Of a stretch of 64,000 nt of DNA, positions 15,669 to 26,595 are shown in pieces. The position numbers were made by a program, and so were the translations under genes. How positions within the stretch are numbered: position 1 is the stretch's first letter; each line of letters starts with the position of its first letter. Below the pieces are notes generated by a model. The model saw only the letters and a list, made by a program, of their open reading frames with translations. It made no database searches and was not told where the DNA came from. Source of the stretch: Octopus sinensis (Eukaryota); the NCBI RefSeq assembly GCF_006345805.1, contig NC_043013.1, forward strand, positions 53,816,001 to 53,880,000. The letters are read 5' to 3'.

Positions 15669-16093
15669 AGTGGACAGAAGCGATAAGTGGACACAGGCGA
15701 TAAGCGAACAGAGGCGATAAGTGGACAGAGGTGATAAGTGGACAGAGGCGAGAAGTGGATATGAGGCGATAAGCGGATTCAGGCGATAAGTGGACATGAG
15801 GCGATAAGTGGACAGAAGCGATAAGTGGACAGAGGCGATAAGTGGACAGAGGTGATAAGTGAACAGAGGCGAGAAGTGGATATGAGGCGATAAGCGGATT
15901 CAGGCGATAAGTGGACATGAGGCGATAAGTGGACAGAAGCGATAAGTGGACACAGGCGATAAGTGGACAGAGGTGATAAGTGGACAGAGGCGAGAAGTAG
16001 ATATGAGGCGATAAGCGGATTCAGGCGATAAGTGGACATGAGGCGATAAGTGGACAGAAGCGATAAGTGGACAGAGGCGATAAGTGGACAGAG
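15669..16093. repeat. 17/18-bp minisatellite (CGATAAGTGGACAGAGG) with a 121-bp, 7-unit higher-order period
   Basis: About 24 units; the variant TGATAAG unit recurs at 15732, 15853 and 15974, each followed by the same ordered variants. Confidence 0.95.
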
Positions 16094-16134
16094 AAGATAG
16101 GCGGACATCTTGTGTGTGTCAAGATAAGATAGTG

Positions 16135-16480
16135 TCTTGGTTGTGAGGTAAGAAGATTCCTTGCAAACCACTTGGTTCCAGGTTCAATCCTACTGCGTGA
16201 CCTTTTGGCTGACTGTCTTCTAACGTCGGTCTGACCAAAGCCTTGTGCGTGGATGTGGTTCACGGTAACTGGAAGAAGCCCGTCGTATGTGTGTGTATGT
16301 ATGTATGTATGTGTGTATGTATGTCTTTGTCACCCCCACCTCTAGACAACCGGTGTTGGTTCGTTTACGTCCCCGTTACTTAGCGGTTCGCCATAAGAAA
16401 CTGATAGATGAGGTACTAGGCTTCAAAAAAACTAAGCCCGAGTGTCGATTCGTTCGACTGAAATTCCTGAAGGCGGTGCC
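16135..16480 (+). mobile_element. tRNA-derived SINE family A, diverged
   Basis: Head GTTGTGAGGTAAGAAG..GGTTCAATCC, body GACCAAAGCCTTGTG..GAAGCCCGTCG, (TG)n/(TATG)n, then TTTACGTCCCCGTTACTTAGCGGTTCG. Confidence 0.8.
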
Positions 16481-16509
16481 GTTGACAAGTCTGAGATTAA
16501 TATGCATTC

Positions 16510-16993
<484 letters not shown>

Positions 16994-17059
16994 GTGTCTC
17001 TATATACATATATATATATATATGTATGTATGCATGTATGTATATATATATATATATAT

Positions 17060-17104
<45 letters not shown>

Positions 17105-17107
<3 letters not shown>

Positions 17108-17251
17108 CGTGGTTGTGTGGTAAGAAGCTTGTTACCAAAGCACTTGGTTCCGGCTCAGTCCCACTGCGCAGCAGTTTTGGCAAGCATCTTCTACAATTGC
17201 CTCGGACCGACCAAAGCCTTGTAAGATGGAAACCGAAAGAAGCCCGTAGTA
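17105..17251 (+). mobile_element. SINE family A head; inverted duplicate of 16848-16993
   Basis: Shares private variants (CAGCAGTTTT, CTACAATTGCCTCGGACC, about 12-bp deletion after GCCTTGT) with the adjacent minus-strand copy. Confidence 0.85.
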
Positions 17252-17276
17252 AATATATATATACATGCATATATAC

Positions 17277-17343
<67 letters not shown>

Positions 17344-17344
17344 T

Positions 17345-19295
17345 ACATTAGAGATAAAACCACTAATAGGCAAATCAAACAGTGAAAAACATAAATAAAA
17401 ACATAGAAATAAAATTAATTAATATAATTTACAAAATATATAAAATATAAAATTCAATATAAAAATTATTTTAATTTAAAGTTAAAATTTAAAATTAAAA
17501 AATTTTTTTAAATTATTAATTTATACTTATAAATTTATATATATATATATATGTATTATTATTTTTATTTTTTATTTTTTAATTATATATTTATTAATTT
17601 TTTTTATATATAGCTATCAAAAAGTATTAAAAACTTTAATATAAGATAAAAAGTAAAACCACTACGATCGTTTCATGCCCATAACCTAATTCGAATAACA
17701 ATAATTTAAATTGAATTAATAATTCGAATTATGGTTATAGTCAATCTTCAGGTTAATGATAATATTTAAATAAATAATCAAATATATTTAAACAATATTT
17801 TTTTTAAGAAATAAATAAAATAATAATTTTTCTTATAAATAACTCTATTATCAAACTAGAAACTTTAACGATTATGATTATGTCATACAATCGATTATAA
17901 TCTTAAATATTAATTATTTAGGTAAGAATAGATAGAAAATGTATTTATCTATTCAGATATAATATGGCTTTAAAAAAACATAATAAACCCACAAATAATC
18001 TAATCTCATTTTTAGTCAATATCTAATTACCTAAATATTTAACAAAAAAAAATTAAATTAAAAAATAATAAAAATCACTATTCATATTATAAAATTTAAT
18101 TTCAAGTCAAATAATTATATAATATTTGAATAATAACTAAATTATCAATGAATATATATAAATGTATATAAATATAAGAATTAAGGTCTAAAATTATCTC
18201 TAACAATAAATATATATGCACGTATAATAAAGACCTAATAAATTAATTATTCATTATTACTTATAAATACTAAATAACGATCTATATATCTCGTTGGCTA
18301 ATTAATAACTTACAAAAACCGTCTAGTTAAGAACTAAAATGAAATAATAAAATACTTAATGAAATAATCAATCCGTAGTTATATAGTATCCAATAAATAC
18401 TACGAATATATTTATCAATGGAAAAAATACTACTACCAATTATCAATTGAAAAAAGCAATATATAAATTATAATAACAATTATAAAATATTTAAAATAAC
18501 TATCAACAAATATAGTTATTAAAGACTAAAATTTATGCTATCAATACATGTATATACATGAAAGCTAACTTACAAAAAACTCGTATAACTCTTAACGATC
18601 TATATATCACTTTAGCTAAGTAAAGTCTTTCGAATAAACGTAGAGTTAAAATCTAATAATTATATAGAAACAATACGATAACTAAATCATAACATAGCAA
18701 TAAGTATTTATATAAAATACAAAATTATACAATAAGACTTATTAAAATATTTAAATTAAAAATTTTTTTAATCTTAAATATAAATATATACTTAGCTTTG
18801 CAAGGTTTTGTGATGAACTAAAATTTTAAATCGGAAAACGTCTTTTCAGCGTTAATAAGAATACCCGTGGATTTACGTTATTAACAAAAAAAAGAATAAA
18901 CTGTTGAAGAATTCTTTAACAGTGAAGAACTACAAATACGCTTTATCAATGAAAATTGTGAATTAAAATTGTCAATGGAAAAAGTTATGGTTTATCAATA
19001 AATGTAAATAGAATGAAGTCACAATTAAACAATAGAGCCACTCTATACTATAAAATTTATTGTTAAAATAACTATGATAAATAATACTTAATATTAAATA
19101 AATTAAATAATTAAAAACTACTAATTACTATGTATATTCCAAAACCTTATATGATTAATAAATATATAAAAAATATAGTAACGCTTCGACGTACTAGTAA
19201 ATTCTTTCCCAAAGTACGCTTTTATTTCTAAGCTAAAACTCGTGAACAGAACCAATGTCTCGTAAAGCACTTCTCAAGAGGTAAGGTATAACTGT
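17345..19295 (-). mobile_element. extremely AT-rich decayed element, probably a 5'-truncated Penelope-like retroelement
   Basis: Hammerhead motif near the left end on the minus strand; minus-strand relic frames VIPYLLRSALRDIGSVHEF*LRNKSVLWERIY*YVEAL and SQFSLIKRICSS..RKSTGILINAEKTFSD (the latter resembles the PLE thumb motif SQFLRIKRICS); about 18% GC. Confidence 0.5.
17657..17758 (-). ncRNA. type I hammerhead ribozyme motif (Penelope-type, palindromic stem III)
   Basis: Minus strand: CTGAAGA (17751-45), long stem II (ATAACC-a-TAATTCGAAT / ATTCGAATTA-GGTTAT), GAAAC, GATC, GTA cleavage triplet; ACGATCGT palindrome; stem I short. Confidence 0.7.
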
Positions 19296-19556
19296 GTATG
19301 TGTATACATATATACATATATACATACAATACACAATACATACATATACATATATATACACACATACAACACACACATATATACATATATATACACGCAC
19401 ATATACATATATATACATACATACACACATACACATATATCATATGAATACATACGTATATAAACGCCTGTATTCATACTTCCATACAAACATACAGGTA
19501 AACATTTAGTTTTATCCATTTATTCTATCTTACTAATCTATACGTCTATATTAAAA

Positions 19557-19616
<60 letters not shown>

Positions 19617-20569
19617 TGAGCGAGAGAGGGGGGAGAGAGCTTGTATTGTCCTAAACATTTGCGCTCACGTGCGTCACGTGTCTGCGACTGCGCGCGAACA
19701 ATTCATTAAATGCTAGAAAAGTGCACGTTTTTTCTAAACTTAAGATTAATCAGCATACGAAATTGAAAAAATATGATTTCAAATTTTAATTTCCAATGCA
19801 AAGAAAATAGGAGAGAAACAAAACAAAAATCCTCAGCTAAGAATAAAGGTTATTCACAACAACCGAGAATGATACCAAATAGGGGATTCGATGCGATGTT
19901 TATTTAGCGAAGCTCAATTAGAAAAAGAAATGAAGTGCTTGCATATGATTGTCCAAAGTTTCGTGATTAAAATAATAACTTTTTGTTTTGGCTGTGTGTC
20001 TAAAAGATAATTAAAGTTAATTGTTACTCTGCTGTAAAATTTTAGTTTTAGTGCTAGAAAGAAAGAAAAAAATAAATATGTGTAATGTCTGGTCGGTAAT
20101 TTCAATGAATGTAGGATGTTTGGTTGGTGTAAGAAAAAGAAAATGTATCAAATACAGACGTTTAGGGAAACAATCAAAGACAATAGAGGGAATGTAAAAG
20201 AATAATATGTGTGTGTACATACAAACACAAACACACACACACACACACACACATACACACATATGTGTGTGTATGTGTGTGCGTTTGGGGCTTGTATGTG
20301 TGTGTGTGCGTGTGTGCACGTGTGTATGTATGTCTATGTCCGAAATGGTCGTGACTTCTGGTACTTGACTGAAGAAAGAAAGCCAAGAATGCCCCGTCTT
20401 TTTTGCTTGTCCTTCTAATTGTTGTTTCTCTTGTCCGCCTTTGTGTCGTCTACCTGTCCGAACCTTTTAATTCGCTCTATTGTGTTTACATTTGAGCGTA
20501 AGTCGTCTGAAACTCCATAAGTCAGGAAAAAGATGCACTCGTATACCTGTCAATTAAGTGAGTATATTA

Positions 20570-20873
20570 TCGGAGGTGTACTGCATTATATATCCATCGC
20601 GACTGATCTTACCGATCGGTTTCGTGCTAGGAGTACAAGGTAACAATTCGGTTACATAGCCTTACGATCATCTTTTCACGGCCGCCGCAAACCAGATGTG
20701 TCCTTTCACTTCCAACAATTGAGAGCAGTCGTCATATTTCATTCTATATCGTCTACCTCTGATGAGCGTAGAGTTATATAATCGGATTGTTACCTAACAC
20801 TCCGTTGTACCCTTGGCGCGAAACTGGTTGGTAAGATCAGCCGCGATGGATATATTATAATGTACACTTCGGA
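20570..20873. mobile_element. head-to-head inverted pair of hammerhead-bearing repeat units
   Basis: Plus copy: CTGATGA(20759-65) GCG..CGC GAAAC(20820-24) tggttg GTA agatcag. Minus copy (20674-20570): aagatga..gcac GAAAC CGATCG GTA agatcag. The 3' tails align (cgcgatggatatat..tgtacac). Confidence 0.75.
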
Positions 20874-20937
20874 GATATGTGCGTGTGTGTGTGTATGTAA
20901 AGGGCGGGTAAATTTCCCAAGATCCATGGACGAGTTC

Positions 20938-21050
20938 TCTCCAGCGGTCTTTGTCCCTCATCATCGCTGCCATGTCCTTGTCTCTCAGAGACCAGTGTCT
21001 GTCCTTAGGGCATCAGCATATGTCATCCTCGGTCTCCCGCTTCTAGTGTG
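20938..21050 (-). mobile_element. RTE-clade LINE 3' coding remnant
   Basis: Minus strand TRSGRPRMTYADALRTDTGL / DKDMAAMMRDKDRWR, resembling the RTE C-terminus GRP..TY.D.L..DTG...AM.DR..WR. Confidence 0.65.
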
Positions 21051-21067
21051 TGCATACTACATACACG

Positions 21068-21101
<34 letters not shown>

Positions 21102-21522
21102 CATATACATATACATACATATATATATATATACATTCACAGTAGGACCTCGCAGTACGAGTGTCCCATTGTACGAGTAATTGGCTGTACGAGACGAGAC
21201 ATGTGCGAATTTTTGTTTGAAGTAGGAGCGGAAATCCGCAGTACAAGTACACAAATCGCCCCATTTTTAAGGTACTTCTGTTAATAAAACCAGTTTACGT
21301 ATTTCTTTTGCATTCTCTTTTTTATAATTGTCATTTTACTTGTAATTACAGCCTTTCTGTTAGAAAACCAATAATAAATTACTTTTGAGTGGCTTGGCGG
21401 GTGCTGGAATGGATTAATTATATTTTAGTTATATTTCAATGGGGAAAATTGATTTGTAAAATGAGTAAATCGTAAGACGAGCTCGGTCGTGGAACAAATT
21501 AAACTCATACTGCGAGGTATCT

Positions 21523-21789
<267 letters not shown>

Positions 21790-22130
21790 AAAAGAGATAG
21801 AATGATACAGGTGTGGAGACTTACATTCATGACTTGAAGTTTTTCTTTCAATGATACGCTAATCGAGGCACTTCTCCGACTGTCACAAGCCCGGTGCCCG
21901 TGACACCCTTAATTACAGACTCCGGGGCTACATCTGATGACGAACTGCAATGAATATCATATCGCTGAAACAGAAACTTCAAGTCATTGCTGTAAGTCTC
22001 CATATATAGTTCATTTAATAAATTTAGTCTCTGTTTCCAATAATACTAAGACCCACAACTTGTTGTCACACGCACTTTGTCTATATATGTATATGTGTGG
22101 GCGGATGTGTGTGTGTGTGTGTTTGCGTAA

Positions 22131-22174
<44 letters not shown>

Positions 22175-22195
22175 TCATAGCGTTTTTCCGATGGC

Positions 22196-22242
22196 CGGAT
22201 AACTGAAGAGATGTCCAGCTTGGCATCCGAAACTTATCATGG
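22196..22242 (+). ncRNA. hammerhead relic lacking stem III and cleavage site
   Basis: gGATAA CTGAAGA GATGTC-cagctt-GGCATC c GAAAC TTATC: core, 6-bp stem II and 5-bp stem I are present. Confidence 0.5.
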
Positions 22243-22364
22243 CAACCGATTAATTGTCACATATTGCATTTACAGATAATTTCCTCTATTTACATAATAT
22301 CGAGGCCTCTTTCTTTTGTTATCTTACCGTTTTTAATCAATATATTTATATATATATATATATA

Positions 22365-22423
<59 letters not shown>

Positions 22424-23014
22424 CTATGTATGTGTATATATATATACATGTCTGTGTGTATCTATGAATCAATGTATATGTATGGTGCCTTATTTTGACA
22501 CTTTGTGAACTGAAATTCCCATTCATAGGCCACGGGTATGTGTAATCTTCTTAGCTACTTAAGTTATGTCTTCTGCTTCAAGAGGGCCAAGGCTGTGATG
22601 CCGCTTCAGTGTAGTTGTTGCTACGGTTTATGAGTTTTACAATATTTGTGGCGTTCGACTCCCCCAGCTGACGTTTCAACTTTTCCCGTCTTCTATCTTA
22701 GAAGTAATTACTTTCTTAATATATTTACTTAAATTAATAATAAGCTATTCTGATAACCATCTACCGAAATAGTGTAGGTTAATCCTCACGTATATCTAAG
22801 TAGATGCCCTATACATAGACAGACTTTAAGCTTAAATTTAATTTTCGACTTAATTTTCTATTTGTTGTGAGGAACTTTATTAAATAACGGCTTTCTTTCT
22901 AAATCCACTGATTCTTAACACTATTAAGGCGTTCCGCTACTCTTTCATTTTCCATCAACTGTTTGGTATTCATATATAATAAAGTTAATATAATAAACGT
23001 TCTCATTATTAGTA

Positions 23015-23042
23015 CTGATGAGGTTCACACGAGAACCGAAAC
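23015..23042 (+). ncRNA. 5' half of a hammerhead ribozyme abutting a SINE insertion
   Basis: CTGATGA GGTTC-acacga-GAACC GAAAC with a perfect 5-bp stem II; the SINE head starts 2 nt later. Confidence 0.6.
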
Positions 23043-23060
23043 AAGGAGTGGCTGTGTGGC

Positions 23061-23463
23061 GCAGGAGTGGCTGTGTGGTAAGTAGCTTGCTAAACAACCA
23101 CATGGTTCCGGGTTCAGTCCCACTGCGTGGCATCTTGGGCAAGTGTCTTCTGCTATAGCCCCGGGCCGACCAATGCCTTGTGAGTGGATTTGGTAGACAG
23201 AAACTGATAGAAGCCTGTCGTATATATGTATATATATATATGTATGTGTGTGTGTTTGTGTGTCTGTGTTTGTCCCCCTAGCATTGCTTGACAACCGATA
23301 CTGGTGTGTTTACGTCCCCGTTACTTAGCGGTTCGGCAAAAGAGACTGATAGAATAAGTACTGGGCTTACAAAGAATAAGTCCCGGGGTCGATTTGCTCG
23401 ACTAAAGGCGGTGCTCCAGCATGGCCGCAGTCAAATGACTGAAACAAGTAAAAGAGTAAAAGA
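23061..23463 (+). mobile_element. tRNA-derived SINE family A, near full length
   Basis: A-box TGGCTGTGTGG, B-box GGTTCAGTCCC, internal (TA)/(TG) tract, tail GACTGAAACAAGTAAAAGAG; a 16-nt head duplicate lies at 23044-23059. Confidence 0.92.
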
Positions 23464-23829
23464 GGAAGCTTACAAATTTTAAACTTCCACAGTCTGTATG
23501 AGAGTGTATGTGTGTATTTCTGTACGTTCCTGCGCTTGCATACACGTCGATATGTGTATGAGTGTGGTTGGGTGTGCATGTGTAAGAGTGCACGCATGTA
23601 TGTATATGCTTTTATGCAAGTATGTATATGTATACAAACATATATAAATTACTTCATATACATGTAAATTGTAACAGTATATACTTTGATGCGGCTCAAT
23701 CACTTGTTGATTGCTTTTCTACAGTTCAATAAGAAAATTTGGTCATATTCCGGTATATACGTCAGTGTACGTGACTGCCTGTGTATACCAGTCAGTGTGC
23801 AAGTGTATGTATGTCTATAATTAATATCC

Positions 23830-23871
<42 letters not shown>

Positions 23872-24563
23872 TATATATAATTGGTGAATTGAAGAAATGG
23901 AGCTGAACGAAGATTGAACAGAAATCGTTTTATTTCATTTACACGTGTTTCGAAAGGCACAATTTACCAATTTAGCCGAGCGATCAAACGCACACACGTA
24001 CACAAAAAATGCTTTCTACCCCTACGTCAGCACACACATATATAGAACAGTATACACACACATGTCTCTAAGTAGATTTTTTTCTCGCCCCTTATAAAAC
24101 ATCCAATATTCCTTAAATAGTCAGAACTTTATTCTCGGTCACAAAGAACATCTACACACCCTCACCCACATGATTGACCGCTGCCTGACCCGTTAAATTC
24201 TTCAGCCACCGGTTCTCAACATACACTGATAAACAGTTTTGCCATGTATATATATATATATACATACCTATATATATATATATATACATACATACATATA
24301 CATATATATATATATATATATATGTAATATATATATACACATACATATATATGTATATATATGTATATATATATATATATATACATACATACATACATAC
24401 TTACATACATACATACATACATACAAGCATGAATGCATGCATTTGGCCGCAATCAAATGACTGAAACAAGTAGAATAAGAGTATATATATATATATACAT
24501 ATACATATATCATAGATATATATATATATGTATACATATACACAAGTATATATATACGTATAT

Positions 24564-24594
<31 letters not shown>

Positions 24595-24888
24595 CGTATA
24601 TGTTTATCTATATATGTGTGTGTGTGTGTGTGCATGTGTGTGTGTTTGTGCGTGCATAAGAGCAGAGGTGAAAGAGAAGTGGGAGTAAAGAGAAAAAAGC
24701 TAACATAAGATTTTCAAGAAAAATAACTTGGAACCGGAATGTATGTAAGGACAGGAGGGACATTGGGAAATAGATAAATTTCTATGGCAATGTGTAGAAC
24801 AGGCATTTGTTCATCTAAATTCTGTGTCGAATCCAAGGACTTCACGGATGACAGGACTGTGGCGGAATTGGAAATGAATTTTTATAAT

Positions 24889-25109
24889 CTTTCTTCTTCT
24901 TCTTCTTCTTCTTCTTCTTCTTCTTCTTCTTCTTCTTCTTCTTCTTCTTCTTCTTCTTCTTCTTCTTCTTCTTCTTCTTCTTCTTCTTCTTCTTCTTCTT
25001 CTTCTTCTTTTCTTCTTCTTCTTCTTCTTCTTCTTCTTCTTCTTCTTCTTCTTCTTCTTTTCCTCTTCTTCTTCTTCTTTTTCTTCTATTCTACTACTAC
25101 TACTACTAC

Positions 25110-25140
<31 letters not shown>

Positions 25141-25200
25141 GCTACTACTACTTCCACTACTACTGCTGCTACTGTTGTTATTATTATTATTAGAGATTAT
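24889..25200. repeat. compound (TTC)n-(CTA)n-(TTA)n microsatellite
   Basis: Directly visible; explains the poly-S/R/K ORFs. Confidence 0.97.
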
Positions 25201-25390
25201 GATTAATATTGCTCTTTCTATTCGTTTTTTTTCGTCTTTCTTTTTGCATTCCTTGTAGATGGTAAATTGCAAATCTTACCATTGAGTGGAGCATTACAGA
25301 AAATGCGCAAAATTTTAGTTTTCTCATTTATAATCTTGCCATCATTATTCACGTCGCACAAGTATAGTTTCCAAACTCCTTCCTCTTTTC

Positions 25391-25430
<40 letters not shown>

Positions 25431-25470
25431 ATCTATCTATCTATTTATCTATTTTTCTATCAACATATAT

Positions 25471-25510
<40 letters not shown>

Positions 25511-25743
25511 CGCTCTCTTTCTCCCCTCTCTCTCTCTCTTTCTTTCTATTTATGTATTAGTCTCTACATTTGCGTTTCTTTGTCTTCCTGCCCCTTTCTC
25601 TTTTTTTCTATCTCTCTCTCTGTCTATCTTTCTATTTCTCTAACTCTCTCTATTTATTCTCTCTGTCGTTCTTCCCCTCTCTCATTCTCCTGCCCGTTTC
25701 TCATAAAAGTTATATTTAGATATGTTCTGGAGTATGTATGTAA

Positions 25744-25818
<75 letters not shown>

Positions 25819-26273
25819 AGAGAGAAACGTGTGTGTGTGGACATGTACTTGTGCATATATAAGAATATATGTGTTTTCTCTGCTGACTTTTTCAGACTGC
25901 TTCAGAAAATGAATGACAGAGAAGCATTTTATGGTTTCATGCGCCTTCGCGTGCAACATTTATATACACATGTGTGTGTGTGCATGTGTATTTATGTATA
26001 TATATATATACATACATATACTTATACAGACATCTCTGTGTGTGTAGCATATTTATCAACATATTTCAAAACATATTTTTCAGAATGTCCAACAACCAAC
26101 ACACAAAAACAAATTTGTCCAACTAAGACTATTTGAAATTTATTGAAATTTAAAAACATCAAATTTTAGTTGTTTTATTCTAATTCTCCATAAATCTTCG
26201 CCTTGACAACAGTCTTTTGTCCGAAAAGTTTACTGAATGTGATGTGATACGAAACCGGATCATATCAATCCGC

Positions 26274-26595
26274 ATTCATTCATTCATTGTTCGATCGTGG
26301 TCGAGACAATGGAATTTACTATGTTACGCCAGACTTCACGGTCCATCATAGCATTAAGGAAGTCCTGTTGCTGGATACCTGTATCCCTGGAGATTACATC
26401 AGGGTAGGAGAGTGTGCGCCCTCTGGTATCGCGAGCAGGTGGCCTCCAGAGGAGAAGAGTAGAAATTACCTCGTTTTCAGCTCTATAACAATGTCCAGCA
26501 AACTGGACTCTTCTACCTTTTCCAAGAGATGACACAGGTGGTAGTTTCCCATATATTTGTACTTTCGTTGGGTGACCACAACTACACAAGGCATT
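26274..26595 (-). mobile_element. RTE-clade LINE 3' end with (TGAA)n tail
   Basis: HPTKVQIYGKLPPVSS..RRVQFAGHCYRAENEVISTLLLWRP..RGRTLSYPDVISRDTG..AMMDREVWR; stop followed by TGAATGAATGAAT. Confidence 0.88.

Noticed and set aside
15669-16093. CRISPR-like array
   Set aside because: Units are directly adjacent with no unique spacers; eukaryotic context and no cas genes.
18790-19030. Plus-strand reading frame with in-frame TAA (ciliate-code contaminant or viral ORF)
   Set aside because: It is the antisense of the minus-strand relic frame; TAA is expected at this AT content, and the region is contiguous with host SINEs and microsatellites.
17345-19295. Mitochondrial insertion (NUMT) or AT-rich control region
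   Set aside because: No recognisable mitochondrial rRNA, tRNA or respiratory-gene motifs; the hammerhead and PLE-like peptide relics fit a retroelement better.
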